64,000 nt of DNA from Candidatus Woesearchaeota archaeon (GCA_964575515.1 CAZNQS010000001.1:5403-69402), one strand, 5' to 3'; positions 45,890 through 55,378 are shown, counted from the stretch's first letter. Program-made: numbers and translations. The notes: a model not told the origin generated them from the letters alone.

Positions 45890-46543
45890 ATGGGGGTGGT
45901 AGACGTTCTTGTTGATACAATAAATAAAGCATATACAGATTTATCCATAAGCCTTTCTCCAAACGCGTTCCTGGCGATTAAGTTCTTTATTTTTGCTATA
46001 TCAATAGTTATTATCACCCTCATTATTCTAAAATTTTATACTGCTCTCTCAAAGAAAAATTTCATTAAGTTAAACCTAAGAAAATATAATTACTCCCAGC
46101 ATCCTGGAGCAAAAAAATTCTTTGCTGTTCTTTTTTATTTCATTGAATATATTTTAATAATGCCTGCTTTAATTTTGCTCTGGTTCTTGGTGCTTTCAAT
46201 CATATTGTTATTATTAGCCTCTGACAGGACAATGATTCAGCTTTTAACGCTATCAGGAGCATTGATTATAGCAGTAAGAATTCTCGCATATCACGATGAA
46301 GAAAGCTCAAAAGAACTCGCAAAACTTATTCCGCTTGTAGCGCTGTCAATATTCCTATTAGACCCTGAAGTATTTGAGCCCTCTACTTTTTTAATAAAAT
46401 TAAAAGAATTGCCTTCCCTTCTTAACAATATTGCTTTCTTCCTGTTTATAATATTTGCATTGGAAATTGTCTTCAGATTTATTTATACATTAACTGAATT
46501 AGCAAGAGGTAAAGAAGAAGTGGGCGACGAGGATGAAAGGTAA
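45890..46543 (+). CDS. integral membrane protein
   Basis: About 5 TM segments. Confidence 0.45.
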   Translation: MGVVDVLVDTINKAYTDLSISLSPNAFLAIKFFIFAISIVIITLIILKFYTALSKKNFIKLNLRKYNYSQHPGAKKFFAVLFYFIEYILIMPALILLWFLVLSIILLLLASDRTMIQLLTLSGALIIAVRILAYHDEESSKELAKLIPLVALSIFLLDPEVFEPSTFLIKLKELPSLLNNIAFFLFIIFALEIVFRFIYTLTELARGKEEVGDEDER

Positions 46544-46937
46544 TTGGAATAAAAAACTAAAAGTTAGTTCTCCATATATAGTATCTTTATTAGCAACGTA
46601 TGTATTTTTTGTTATTGATACAGGACATTTCAATCCTGCAAAACTGAAAGAGATTTATAGAGAGCGTAACGAGCAAAGACAAAAAAGACAAAAAGAACAA
46701 AGTGAAATGAAACAAAGAGAACAAGAGTACAGGGAAAGGTATGAGGGGTTATACAATCAGCTATTAAACCTATCAGATAGAGATAAAAATGGTTATGTTG
46801 ATTTTGCTGAACAGGTTTCTGCTTGGAGAAGGATGGGTTACTTTGAAAGACCTTTTATAGAATCAAAGGGGATAAAGTTCCCTGAACCGACATTAGAAAA
46901 TCTAGAAAAAGCTGTAAAGAGTTATCAAAAAGAGTAA
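46533..46937 (+). CDS. membrane-anchored protein with an EF-hand-like loop
   Basis: The DRDKNGYVDFAE loop matches the D-x-D-x-N-G-x-x-D-x-x-E Ca-binding pattern. Confidence 0.4.
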   Translation: MKGNWNKKLKVSSPYIVSLLATYVFFVIDTGHFNPAKLKEIYRERNEQRQKRQKEQSEMKQREQEYRERYEGLYNQLLNLSDRDKNGYVDFAEQVSAWRRMGYFERPFIESKGIKFPEPTLENLEKAVKSYQKE

Positions 46938-46993
46938 TATTAAAAGATCTTACATTTTTAGTGAGCCTAGAAATATAGTCAAATTAAATATAT

Positions 46994-48682
46994 TCAAACG
47001 CCATCATTCCTTATCCTATTAAGATGCTTAATATGCTCTGCCTGCTCTTTCATGAATTTCTTAGTATCAAATTTACAAGATTCTATCTTATCAGCTATGT
47101 ATTTTCCTCCGATAAATTTAGGCGTTATTACATATGTCGCTCCTCTCTTATAAAGCTCTAAAGCTTCTTCTGCATCATTCGCCACAATCAAGACGATTGC
47201 ATTCGGATTGCAGATTTTCGCTCTTCTTAAAAATAGCAAGTTAACTTCTTTGTCAGGAACTGTCGAAATTATCATCTTTGAATTACACAAATTAATGTCA
47301 TCAAACAAATCTACGTCTGCTATATCTCCATAAACGCAGTTAAATCCTCTCTTGCTCAATTTTCCTATAATATCTGGATTGTAATCAACAACTAGCAAAG
47401 ACTGCTTTCTATGCTTGAACTCCTCCAAGATATCATGTCCTATTCTATGCGCTCCAAACAAGACTATGTCATATCTCTTTTCTTTTTCCTCTTCCTCTCC
47501 CCTCGTTTTCTTCCTCTCAAAAATTGCAAGATATCTCGACAAATAAGGATAAATCTTATCCCCATAAATCACAAGATAAGTTGATCCTCCAATTGTAACA
47601 AGTCCTATAACTGTGACTAAAGATAAAATATCAGAACTCAAATGGCCTACCTTTATCCCGAGTGCTATTAAAATATGGGAAAATTCGCTTATTTGCGCCA
47701 CAACTAATCCTGTCATAAAACTCGTCTGTTTCTTGTATCCAAGCACGCCCATTAAAATCATCATAATAATAGGGCTGCCTATTAATATGAGCAAGGAAAA
47801 AACTATAATCGCAGTTTTATATTGGCTTATTCCATTATACAGCAACTGCGAGCCAAGCCAGACAAAAAATAAGAATATGAAAAAATCTCTTATTGGCTTG
47901 AGCTTAGAGCCTATTTCAAGCCTGTAAGGCGAAAGAGAGAGCGTTACTCCAGCCAATAAAGCTCCAATCTCTATTGATAAATTAAACACTTCAAATAAAG
48001 TAGCAATTAATAAGCACCATCCAATTGAGAATAGCAGAAGAAATTCCTGTGATTTTGCTATTGATTTTGTTATCATAGGCAGGGCATAATAGCTGAATAT
48101 GAAAAGCCCTACAAGCAGCGCAGAACCTGTTGCAAAGGTGCTCAATGCAAAGCCCACAATAGTTCCTTTGTCAGAAACAGAGGAAACAGCCATTAGCGCG
48201 ATGACCGCAATTAAATCCTGCACAAATAAAAAGCCTATTGAGATTCTTCCATAAAGCTTGTGTATATCGCCCTTGTCAGAAAGAAGCTTTGTAATCAAGA
48301 TTGTACTGCTGAAAGTAAGCGCAACAGAAATGTAAAGCGCTGTCAAGGGAGAAAAGCCCAAAAAAACAGCAATCCCATAGGCAATTAACGCTGTAAAAAT
48401 AGCCTGCCCTACGCCTGTAATTATAGAAACCTTCCCAACTTCCTTAATGACCTTGGGATTTAAATTCAGTCCAACCATGAACAGCAAAAGCGCAATTCCT
48501 ATGTCTGCCAATGTAGTAATAAGCTCTGTTGATTTTATGACATTAAATACAGCAGGGCTAACTAAAATGCCTGTAATAATGTAACTGATAATTAACGGCT
48601 GTTTGAGAATGCGCATTAGCCACACAATAACTATTGCAATAACAATAATAATTCCCAATTCAATGAATATCGTCTCTGCCAT
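46994..48682 (-). CDS. CPA2-family cation/H+ antiporter with a TrkA-N (RCK) domain
   Basis: About 12 TM segments, then the Rossmann-like segment IVLFGAHRIGHDI. Confidence 0.85.
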   Translation of the reverse strand: MAETIFIELGIIIVIAIVIVWLMRILKQPLIISYIITGILVSPAVFNVIKSTELITTLADIGIALLLFMVGLNLNPKVIKEVGKVSIITGVGQAIFTALIAYGIAVFLGFSPLTALYISVALTFSSTILITKLLSDKGDIHKLYGRISIGFLFVQDLIAVIALMAVSSVSDKGTIVGFALSTFATGSALLVGLFIFSYYALPMITKSIAKSQEFLLLFSIGWCLLIATLFEVFNLSIEIGALLAGVTLSLSPYRLEIGSKLKPIRDFFIFLFFVWLGSQLLYNGISQYKTAIIVFSLLILIGSPIIMMILMGVLGYKKQTSFMTGLVVAQISEFSHILIALGIKVGHLSSDILSLVTVIGLVTIGGSTYLVIYGDKIYPYLSRYLAIFERKKTRGEEEEKEKRYDIVLFGAHRIGHDILEEFKHRKQSLLVVDYNPDIIGKLSKRGFNCVYGDIADVDLFDDINLCNSKMIISTVPDKEVNLLFLRRAKICNPNAIVLIVANDAEEALELYKRGATYVITPKFIGGKYIADKIESCKFDTKKFMKEQAEHIKHLNRIRNDGV

Positions 48683-48809
48683 TTCCTCTTTAAAATTCTT
48701 TTACATTAAAGTAGGGAAATATCTTTTTATATATGTTTTGCCATGCATGCATTGTTGCGTTGTCTGGTGTATTGAAAAGGATTAAAAAGTAAGATTTATT
48801 CCTTACTGT

Positions 48810-49322
48810 ATGAAAAAAATAAGACGGAGTATTAAAAAAGGCCTATTTAAGTGGAATATAAAAGAAATTGCCAAAGCATTAAAAATTAAAGAAAGTGATG
48901 TCAAGTTGTATTTTACAGACGGTCGTAGAGTTTCTTTTATTCTTGAAAGAAGATTAGCTTATGAAATATTTAACGGGAAACTTGCACCTAATGAAGGAGC
49001 AGGATACGACCTTATTGACCCAAATGGAGATAAATGGGAGGTAAGAAGTATAAGTATAAACGGAATATATTTTTGCCCAAGTTATATGGTTGGTTCAGGT
49101 CGTTCATTTAAATTAAATGGTTTTTTAGAAAAGTTAAAAGAAATAAAAGGATATATCATTTCTGATATTGAAACTTTCCCAGAAGTTAATTTTTGGATAA
49201 TCCCGGTAGAACAAATTATTAAGTGGTGGGAAGCAGGTGAACTTGGAACAACAACAAAAATTACTCGTGAAAAAGCATTACAACTAATCAATAAAATATC
49301 AAATAAAAATAACTACATATAA
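48810..49322 (+). CDS. candidate type II restriction endonuclease
   Basis: Convergent with, and overlapping by 10 nt, the methyltransferase gene. GYDLIDPNGDKWEVRS is a possible PD-(D/E)xK core. There is no other homology clue. Confidence 0.45.
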   Translation: MKKIRRSIKKGLFKWNIKEIAKALKIKESDVKLYFTDGRRVSFILERRLAYEIFNGKLAPNEGAGYDLIDPNGDKWEVRSISINGIYFCPSYMVGSGRSFKLNGFLEKLKEIKGYIISDIETFPEVNFWIIPVEQIIKWWEAGELGTTTKITREKALQLINKISNKNNYI

Positions 49323-50122
49323 GCTAATATTTTTTGTGATAATTTCTCAAGACATATTTCATAATACTTTTCGTCGTTTTCAAATCCTATAAAGTTACAT
49401 CCTAATTCTTTAGCAACTAAACATGTTGTTCCAGAACCAAGAAAAGGGTCTAAAACTACTGTGCTTTTATTAAATCCATGAAGTTTTATACACATCTCTG
49501 GAAGCTTTTTAGGGAAGGATGCGGGATGATCCTTTTCTGATTGAACCGTGTCGTAAGGAATATACCATACATTACCCCTATCTCTTTTATCCCCATTATT
49601 TTTTCCATGTTTCCATCTATAGATATTAGATTTGTCTGCATAAGGAACACCGATTGATAATCTGTCTATTTCAATAGATTTGTCTTTCGTAAAATGAAAT
49701 ATAAATTCGTGGAGATTATTTAAAAAACGCGTGCTATTAATCGGTTTATAATGGCCTATGTTTATCTCATATTCTGGAATAGCTATTGATTTAATCCAAT
49801 GAATAGTATTCTGTAACTTAAGTGATTTTGCTATTCTTTGTGCGACTTCAAAAGATCTAAACTCGTCACTCGCTTTATCACCTATATTGAAAAATAAAGA
49901 ACCATTATTTTTTAAAATTTTTGCACATCTCTTGCCAAATTCTTCCATCCAATCAAGATACTCATTAAAAGGCATATTGTCATAATGGGAGTTATACTTC
50001 ACTCCAATATTGTAAGGAGGAGAAGTTACAATTATATCAACGATTTTTTCTGGCATATCCGCCATTAGTTTGATACAATCACCACAAATAATTCTATCTC
50101 TAAAATTTTCTATGTTTTGCAT
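49313..50122 (-). CDS. beta-class DNA methyltransferase (N4-C or N6-A)
   Basis: Motif IV TSPPY lies near the N-terminus and motif I DPFLGSGTT near the C-terminus. Confidence 0.88.
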   Translation of the reverse strand: MQNIENFRDRIICGDCIKLMADMPEKIVDIIVTSPPYNIGVKYNSHYDNMPFNEYLDWMEEFGKRCAKILKNNGSLFFNIGDKASDEFRSFEVAQRIAKSLKLQNTIHWIKSIAIPEYEINIGHYKPINSTRFLNNLHEFIFHFTKDKSIEIDRLSIGVPYADKSNIYRWKHGKNNGDKRDRGNVWYIPYDTVQSEKDHPASFPKKLPEMCIKLHGFNKSTVVLDPFLGSGTTCLVAKELGCNFIGFENDEKYYEICLEKLSQKILAYM

Positions 50123-50302
50123 TTATTCAATTTTTTACCTCTTTTATTATTAATTCATTCATTTTTAAATACTTTTTGATAGTGCATGAAACATGCCATG
50201 CGTTAATCTTAAATACGCTCCAAAAGTTTAATTATATCATATTCATCTCACATGACTGAGATGAAAGGGCTTGGCGCTCGCGGCGCGCCAGGCTCACATC
50301 AT

Positions 50303-50734
50303 TCAATGAATTATTTTCTCTGCAAGAAAAAAAACAATCAACGGGGTAATTACTATCTGCAAAACCGGTGTTAGGCCAACGTTAACTAAGGGAATGACAG
50401 GCATTGATGGATTATAGGTAAATCTATTGGTGTATTGCGCATAGAATTCGAATACAACTGCAATGAAGATGCCGAAGATAATTGACAATAAAACATTTTT
50501 TATATTATTGATTCTCCAATTGAATGACTTATTTATTCCTGATACCCCTAGAAAGATAATCAGGACCATGATAATATCCCCTATAGATGCCTGCAAGATT
50601 CTTGGAACATATTCACGTACTACCATATCTGTTATTGTCTCGTATAGCAAGGAATGTGAAACTTCCCAAAATAAGTTAATTAGAAAAGCAAAGATAGATA
50701 TGTAGACTAGTTTTTCAACCCATATCTTTCCCAT
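50303..50734 (-). CDS. integral membrane protein
   Basis: 4 TM segments. Confidence 0.45.
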   Translation of the reverse strand: MGKIWVEKLVYISIFAFLINLFWEVSHSLLYETITDMVVREYVPRILQASIGDIIMVLIIFLGVSGINKSFNWRINNIKNVLLSIIFGIFIAVVFEFYAQYTNRFTYNPSMPVIPLVNVGLTPVLQIVITPLIVFFLAEKIIH

Positions 50735-50804
50735 TATTCCACATTGCTCATTATATTTATAAATCTAAGCGAAGATTTAAAAACCGATTTTCTTTCAGTT
50801 TCTC

Positions 50805-51110
50805 ATGGGAAGAGTCAGAATAAAATTAGGAAGCATTGACATAAGCTCGTTAAATTCAGCAATAGCCATGATTAAAGAAATAACTCAAAGAGCAGGAGTT
50901 GTAATGCGCGGCCCAATTCCGTTGCCAACAAAAATACTAAAAGTCACAACAAGAAAAGGACCTGACGGAAGGGGAACTGCTACTTTTGACAGATTTGAGA
51001 TGCGCGTCCATAGAAGAATAATAGACATCCCGGCAGAAGATAGAATCTTACATCCCATAATGAAATTGCAGATTCCAAGAAGCGTGCAAATTAAAGTAGA
51101 AATTAAATAA
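50805..51110 (+). CDS. rps10: 30S ribosomal protein S10 (uS10)
   Basis: RIKLGS.. and GPIPLPTK..TTRKGPDGRGTATFDRFEMRVHRRIIDI. Confidence 0.92.
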   Translation: MGRVRIKLGSIDISSLNSAIAMIKEITQRAGVVMRGPIPLPTKILKVTTRKGPDGRGTATFDRFEMRVHRRIIDIPAEDRILHPIMKLQIPRSVQIKVEIK

Positions 51111-51984
51111 GATTTTTAGTTTGTTTGCTGATTTTATAAATCGCTTTGAGACTCGGCATTAGTATTCTGCTCCATGTTTCAAATTTCTTGTCCAGTGATT
51201 TATCCTCTAATATATTATTAATTTTCACCATTTTTCCTGAAATTAGTGCAGCTTCATTTGGTCTTACATTTCCATTAGTATGAATAGCGTAAACTAGTCC
51301 AAAGTGAACCCTATCAACTGGTTGTTCATATGCCATAAGCGTTCCTACTAATTGTGGTTTTGTATAACGGCCTTCAATTTTTACTTCTTCTCTTAAAACT
51401 TCTCTTTCAATACAACCTTTCAAGAAATCTGGACCATCTGTTTTTACGATATGTCCGCCTGCCCCTATTGAGTGTTTACCGAATAGCCTCTCATCCCCAT
51501 AATCTCTAATTTCTTTAGCTCTTACATAAGTGAATATTGTTTCATCTTCTCCGAAAAGAATTGCGTATGGTATTGGTTGTAGCACGAGTTCATCAGTTTC
51601 GCAATCATATCTAGAATGGAAAAACCCTGATTCAATATCTTTTTCAAGTCTTTTGATATCATCTTCTTGAATAAATTCAAATCCTTCTTTTGTTCTTCTA
51701 TGTTTTAGCAAAATATCAGATTCTTGAGTTAGGACTAATCTGTCTAGTTTTTTGTAGTTTCTTGTAGCGTATTTATAATCAAATTCTGTGAAATTGTTTG
51801 AGGGGTAAGGCCCAACTTGATTTTGATAACTTGATCCAATTTCTTTACTATAAATCTTATCAGGGTTTTCTGCCGTTCTGAATATTCTTAATTTACTAAT
51901 TGGCATTCCGTGTGATAGAATTATTCTTGCTGCTTCTTCAGATCTTACTTCGAAAACTAGATCTCCTATGAACCCATTATCCAC
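51103..51984 (-). CDS. C-terminal end of the DCD-type deaminase domain fused to a Nudix (COG4112-like) domain; same frame as the upstream ORF
   Basis: The track start is a GTG. N-terminal DNGFIGDLVFEVRS..HGMPISKL..IGSSYQNQ matches the C-terminal region of long dCTP-deaminase-like proteins. It is followed by the Nudix-like GGHI..CIEREVLREEV. Confidence 0.55.
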   Translation of the reverse strand: MDNGFIGDLVFEVRSEEAARIILSHGMPISKLRIFRTAENPDKIYSKEIGSSYQNQVGPYPSNNFTEFDYKYATRNYKKLDRLVLTQESDILLKHRRTKEGFEFIQEDDIKRLEKDIESGFFHSRYDCETDELVLQPIPYAILFGEDETIFTYVRAKEIRDYGDERLFGKHSIGAGGHIVKTDGPDFLKGCIEREVLREEVKIEGRYTKPQLVGTLMAYEQPVDRVHFGLVYAIHTNGNVRPNEAALISGKMVKINNILEDKSLDKKFETWSRILMPSLKAIYKISKQTKNLI

Positions 51985-52014
51985 AAATCCGGCATCATGT
52001 AGCGACCCTGTGAT

Positions 52015-52983
52015 TCAAATATGCGAATGTTTTTCTAATTCGGAGCTTAGATGGTTTGGCATTTTCAACACCTCTTGTGATGAGAAGAGACAGCATTCTC
52101 CTGTACTAAGTATGGTTTTATTGTCCTTCGCTTTAATTGGCTCGAAATAAGCTTCTGACTCATAAGTATATTTTTCTTGTAAGTCTATTGGATTTGGATT
52201 ATCTCGCGCTCTTAGGCCAACGATTCCCTCGGTGTGTTCTCCAAGTACATCCAGATGTACTTGCAAGCCATCTCTAATAATATGTTTTTGTGGTATCAAT
52301 TCTCCAGATGGTGATTTATGATAGAAAATTGGTTTCCTACTGGTCTCATCCATAATTTCTGAGTCTGTTAATTGAGAATTTTTTCCCTTAAAAAATCTTA
52401 GTTGATTTAATGTAGTATGCGGATACAAAACTAGATTAAATTTCCTTGGTTGTACTAAAAGCCAAAGATTCAGATTTTCGTTTGGTTTGTAATAGCCATC
52501 AGCCTCATTAAAACATGGATTGTAGTCAACAAGTAGACGAGTTATAACAAATATTCTTCCCCTACTGCTTTTTGGAGAGGAGATTAGTTGTTCATCGTTT
52601 TCTAAGCTTATTCTGTCTTCTAGGGGAATTAAGTAACTAAAACCTCTCTTTAGCTCATATCCTCCCTCTATGCTTGCTTTTTGTCTTTGTCTTTTGGGGA
52701 GAAGAAGCAAGGTTTTTTTTACTGATTCTTCTAATTCTGGGCGCAAAACTCCTCCCATGTCAGCATCTAACACAAAAAGATGATCTCCAATAGTTGGTTC
52801 GTATGAAGAGGGCTGTATCCTACTCTCTAGGCTTTCGTCCAAAAACCAATTTTTTTTCACATTTTCGGTATCTTCAGTTGAAAGTAAAAAATTAGTAGTA
52901 TTGGGGATTATTTTTCCCTGGGTTATTTTTTCTCTAATTTGCTGAGAAGCTAAACAATACCCTAAGTTTCCTAAATCAGTCAT
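52015..52983 (-). CDS. dCTP deaminase-like protein (long DCD family), truncated by an in-frame TGA at 52015-52017
   Basis: IQPSSYEPTIGD, SSPKSSRGRIFVITRLLVD, LNQLRFFKG and GLRARDNPNPIDL are collinear with long-form DCD proteins. This rests on recollection of the family, not a search. Confidence 0.55.
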   Translation of the reverse strand: MTDLGNLGYCLASQQIREKITQGKIIPNTTNFLLSTEDTENVKKNWFLDESLESRIQPSSYEPTIGDHLFVLDADMGGVLRPELEESVKKTLLLLPKRQRQKASIEGGYELKRGFSYLIPLEDRISLENDEQLISSPKSSRGRIFVITRLLVDYNPCFNEADGYYKPNENLNLWLLVQPRKFNLVLYPHTTLNQLRFFKGKNSQLTDSEIMDETSRKPIFYHKSPSGELIPQKHIIRDGLQVHLDVLGEHTEGIVGLRARDNPNPIDLQEKYTYESEAYFEPIKAKDNKTILSTGECCLFSSQEVLKMPNHLSSELEKHSHI

Positions 52984-53075
52984 ATCCTTGATGCTGTTGT
53001 TTTGTTTATATAGATTATTGTAATTAAAAAATACTTTTCACATATTTTTAAAAAGTCTTATTTTTTATATTTAAA

Positions 53076-53714
53076 ATGTCAAAAGAAGCGCTCGTAGTCA
53101 ACAGAAAAACATTATTCGAAGAAAAAGAATTTCAAGGGTTCTTACCCTTAGAAAAAAGAGATTTTATTTCAATAATTTTAAAAAAACATTTTTATCATTT
53201 AAGAGGAGACGAATTAGAAAACAATCATTCCCTACAACAAATTATTCCTTATGTCTGGATTATAAATCCAAAAACAAAAAATGTCTTTTTATACAAAAGA
53301 GCGCTTACAAAAAATAAAGGCTCGGAACACAAAGAAAAAAGATATTTAAACAAATATTCAGGAGGAGTTGGAGGCCATATTGACAAAGATACAGAAGAAG
53401 GTGAAAAAGACCCTATCATGAAAGCGATGATGCGTGAATTAAAAGAAGAAGTTATCATAAATAACTACCCGATCCCAAAATTGTTAGGTTATATAAATGA
53501 CGACTCTGATAGTTTAGGGAAAGTTCATTTTGGAATCGTCGCAATTGTAGAAACAACAAATGAAGTAAAAGCAAACTCTTCAGAGGGCCTGGCTTCAGCA
53601 AAGTTCTATTCAATTAACGAAATAGAAAACATCCTCTCAAATAAAGAGGATGAAGTGGAAAATTGGACGAGAATCTCCTGGCCGTTTGTGAAAAGTTATC
53701 TAGAAAAATTATAG
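53076..53714 (+). CDS. Nudix-family phosphoesterase (COG4112-like)
   Basis: GGVGGHIDKD..AMMRELKEEV Nudix-like box. It is a paralogue of the C-terminal 200 aa of the 51103 ORF. Confidence 0.55.
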   Translation: MSKEALVVNRKTLFEEKEFQGFLPLEKRDFISIILKKHFYHLRGDELENNHSLQQIIPYVWIINPKTKNVFLYKRALTKNKGSEHKEKRYLNKYSGGVGGHIDKDTEEGEKDPIMKAMMRELKEEVIINNYPIPKLLGYINDDSDSLGKVHFGIVAIVETTNEVKANSSEGLASAKFYSINEIENILSNKEDEVENWTRISWPFVKSYLEKL

Positions 53715-54605
53715 ATTTATATTCAACTTTCTCCACTTTTCTAAAAATTCCTCTCTCTCCCTTTTATTTGTGAATATTTCTTCTACAACAGTGTTTATTT
53801 CTTTTCTTTCATTAACTATCCCATCTATTGCTCTTCTATCTAATCCAGAAATAAACATTCCATTTAATCTATAATCAACAAAGGCTTCATATGCAATTGG
53901 CACAACCCTGTTTGTTATTTCCCCAATAGCATTCGCATAAGTCCTAATTTCCAGTTGCGCATGAGAATCCATCCTTAATGACAAAAAATGAAATAAATTA
54001 TGCAAATCAATCTTCCAATAAGCTTCAGTATATGTTGATAGAGGCAAATCCTTTCTAGCTTGTTCTCTCGCTACACCTAACCTTAGTCTTTCTTCATATA
54101 TTGCTCTTACATTCTTTTGCAGTGCTTCTTCCATATCAGAAAGATGGACGCCATCTTCTTCATTAATAAAACCAGAACTACCCTGCCTATTCGCCCCAGA
54201 TTGCAATCTCCATTCTGTTGGTTTAGTTCTTTGTGCAGAATCAATAGCTTCAGAATAACGAGTAGAATATTCATTAACATTTGCCGTCCTATGCCTTATC
54301 CACTGCCTCCAGCAATCCATTGGAACCCTGACATGAAATTTTAATTCTACCATCTCAAAAGGAGTAGTATGTCTATGCCTCATCAAATATCTTATTAAGC
54401 CTCTATCCTCATGAACTTTTTTTGTACCTTTTCCATAGCTGACTCTTGCAGCTTGCACTATTGCTTCATCCCCCCCAAAATAGTCAACTAATCTTACATA
54501 ACCGTCATCTAAACATTTAAATGGCTTTCCCAAAATTTCTTCAGCAGCAGGAACAACTAGTCTCCTTGTCTGATACAATTCCTCTTTTTTTTCTTCCATA
54601 TTCAA
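53709..54605 (-). CDS. thyX: FAD-dependent thymidylate synthase ThyX
   Basis: RHRHTTPFE and the ThyX motif IRHRTANVNEYSTRY. Confidence 0.92.
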   Translation of the reverse strand: MNMEEKKEELYQTRRLVVPAAEEILGKPFKCLDDGYVRLVDYFGGDEAIVQAARVSYGKGTKKVHEDRGLIRYLMRHRHTTPFEMVELKFHVRVPMDCWRQWIRHRTANVNEYSTRYSEAIDSAQRTKPTEWRLQSGANRQGSSGFINEEDGVHLSDMEEALQKNVRAIYEERLRLGVAREQARKDLPLSTYTEAYWKIDLHNLFHFLSLRMDSHAQLEIRTYANAIGEITNRVVPIAYEAFVDYRLNGMFISGLDRRAIDGIVNERKEINTVVEEIFTNKREREEFLEKWRKLNINL

Positions 54606-54696
54606 CTTTCAAAAATTTATTATAAAACTATAATTATCGCTGAAAACATATATTAGATTATATAATTGTTTAAATATTGTTTTATTAATACAAATC

Positions 54697-55353
54697 ATGC
54701 AAAATAAAAGAGGAATGTTCATAGTCTTTGAAGGAATAGACGGCAGCGGTAAAAATACTCAGTTAATAAAACTTATAGAACATATAGAAAAATTAGACAA
54801 ATATCAGGATATTATAAAGACGCATGAGCCATGGAAGAATAAAGAAATAAAGAAAAAAATCCAAGAGGACAAGGAAGCTTATTCTGATGGAATCCAAATG
54901 GCAAAATTATATGTAAAAGACAGAATCGCCCACTCCGAAGAAATAAAAAATCAATTAGATAAAATCTATTTTGTCTTATGCGACAGATACAAAATGTCAA
55001 CTTGCGCTTATCAATGGACACAAGGCGTCGATTTATACAGATTGTTAAAAATGCATGAAAATGAAAAAATCATCCAGCCTGATTTAACGCTTTTCATTGA
55101 TATTTCCGCTGACATTGCATTGAAAAGAGTCTCAAAAAGAAATGATTCAAAAGAGAAATTTGAAGATTGGAAATTTCAGAAAGATCTTGTCAGCCATTAT
55201 CATAGTTTAATAGAGAGGCAAGATTGTAAAAATCTGTTTGGAAAAGTAATTAGTGTAAACGGGAGGGGTTCTATAGATGAAGTAGCGGAAAAAGTTAGGA
55301 ATGTGTTCTATCCTTTCTATAAAACCTGGAAAGATAAAAATCAAAACTCTTAA
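54697..55353 (+). CDS. tmk: thymidylate kinase
   Basis: P-loop FIVFEGIDGSGKNTQ, a DRY-like CDRY, and the lid region. Confidence 0.88.
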   Translation: MQNKRGMFIVFEGIDGSGKNTQLIKLIEHIEKLDKYQDIIKTHEPWKNKEIKKKIQEDKEAYSDGIQMAKLYVKDRIAHSEEIKNQLDKIYFVLCDRYKMSTCAYQWTQGVDLYRLLKMHENEKIIQPDLTLFIDISADIALKRVSKRNDSKEKFEDWKFQKDLVSHYHSLIERQDCKNLFGKVISVNGRGSIDEVAEKVRNVFYPFYKTWKDKNQNS

Positions 55354-55378
55354 AAGCCTAAATTTCTAATCTCTTTAA

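Noticed and set aside
48739-50201. The 8-mer tgccatgc on both sides of the R-M pair (48739 and 50194) as a target-site duplication.
   Set aside because: It is too short. About 0.3 chance occurrences per strand are expected in a window this size by my rough estimate, and there is no further flanking similarity.
52015-52017. Selenocysteine or lineage-wide UGA recoding as the explanation for the in-frame TGA.
   Set aside because: UGA terminates several other well-delimited genes in this window, including ATGA overlaps. The aligned position is not a conserved Cys/Sec site, and I saw no SECIS-like element. Only local readthrough, a split gene or a mutation remain plausible.
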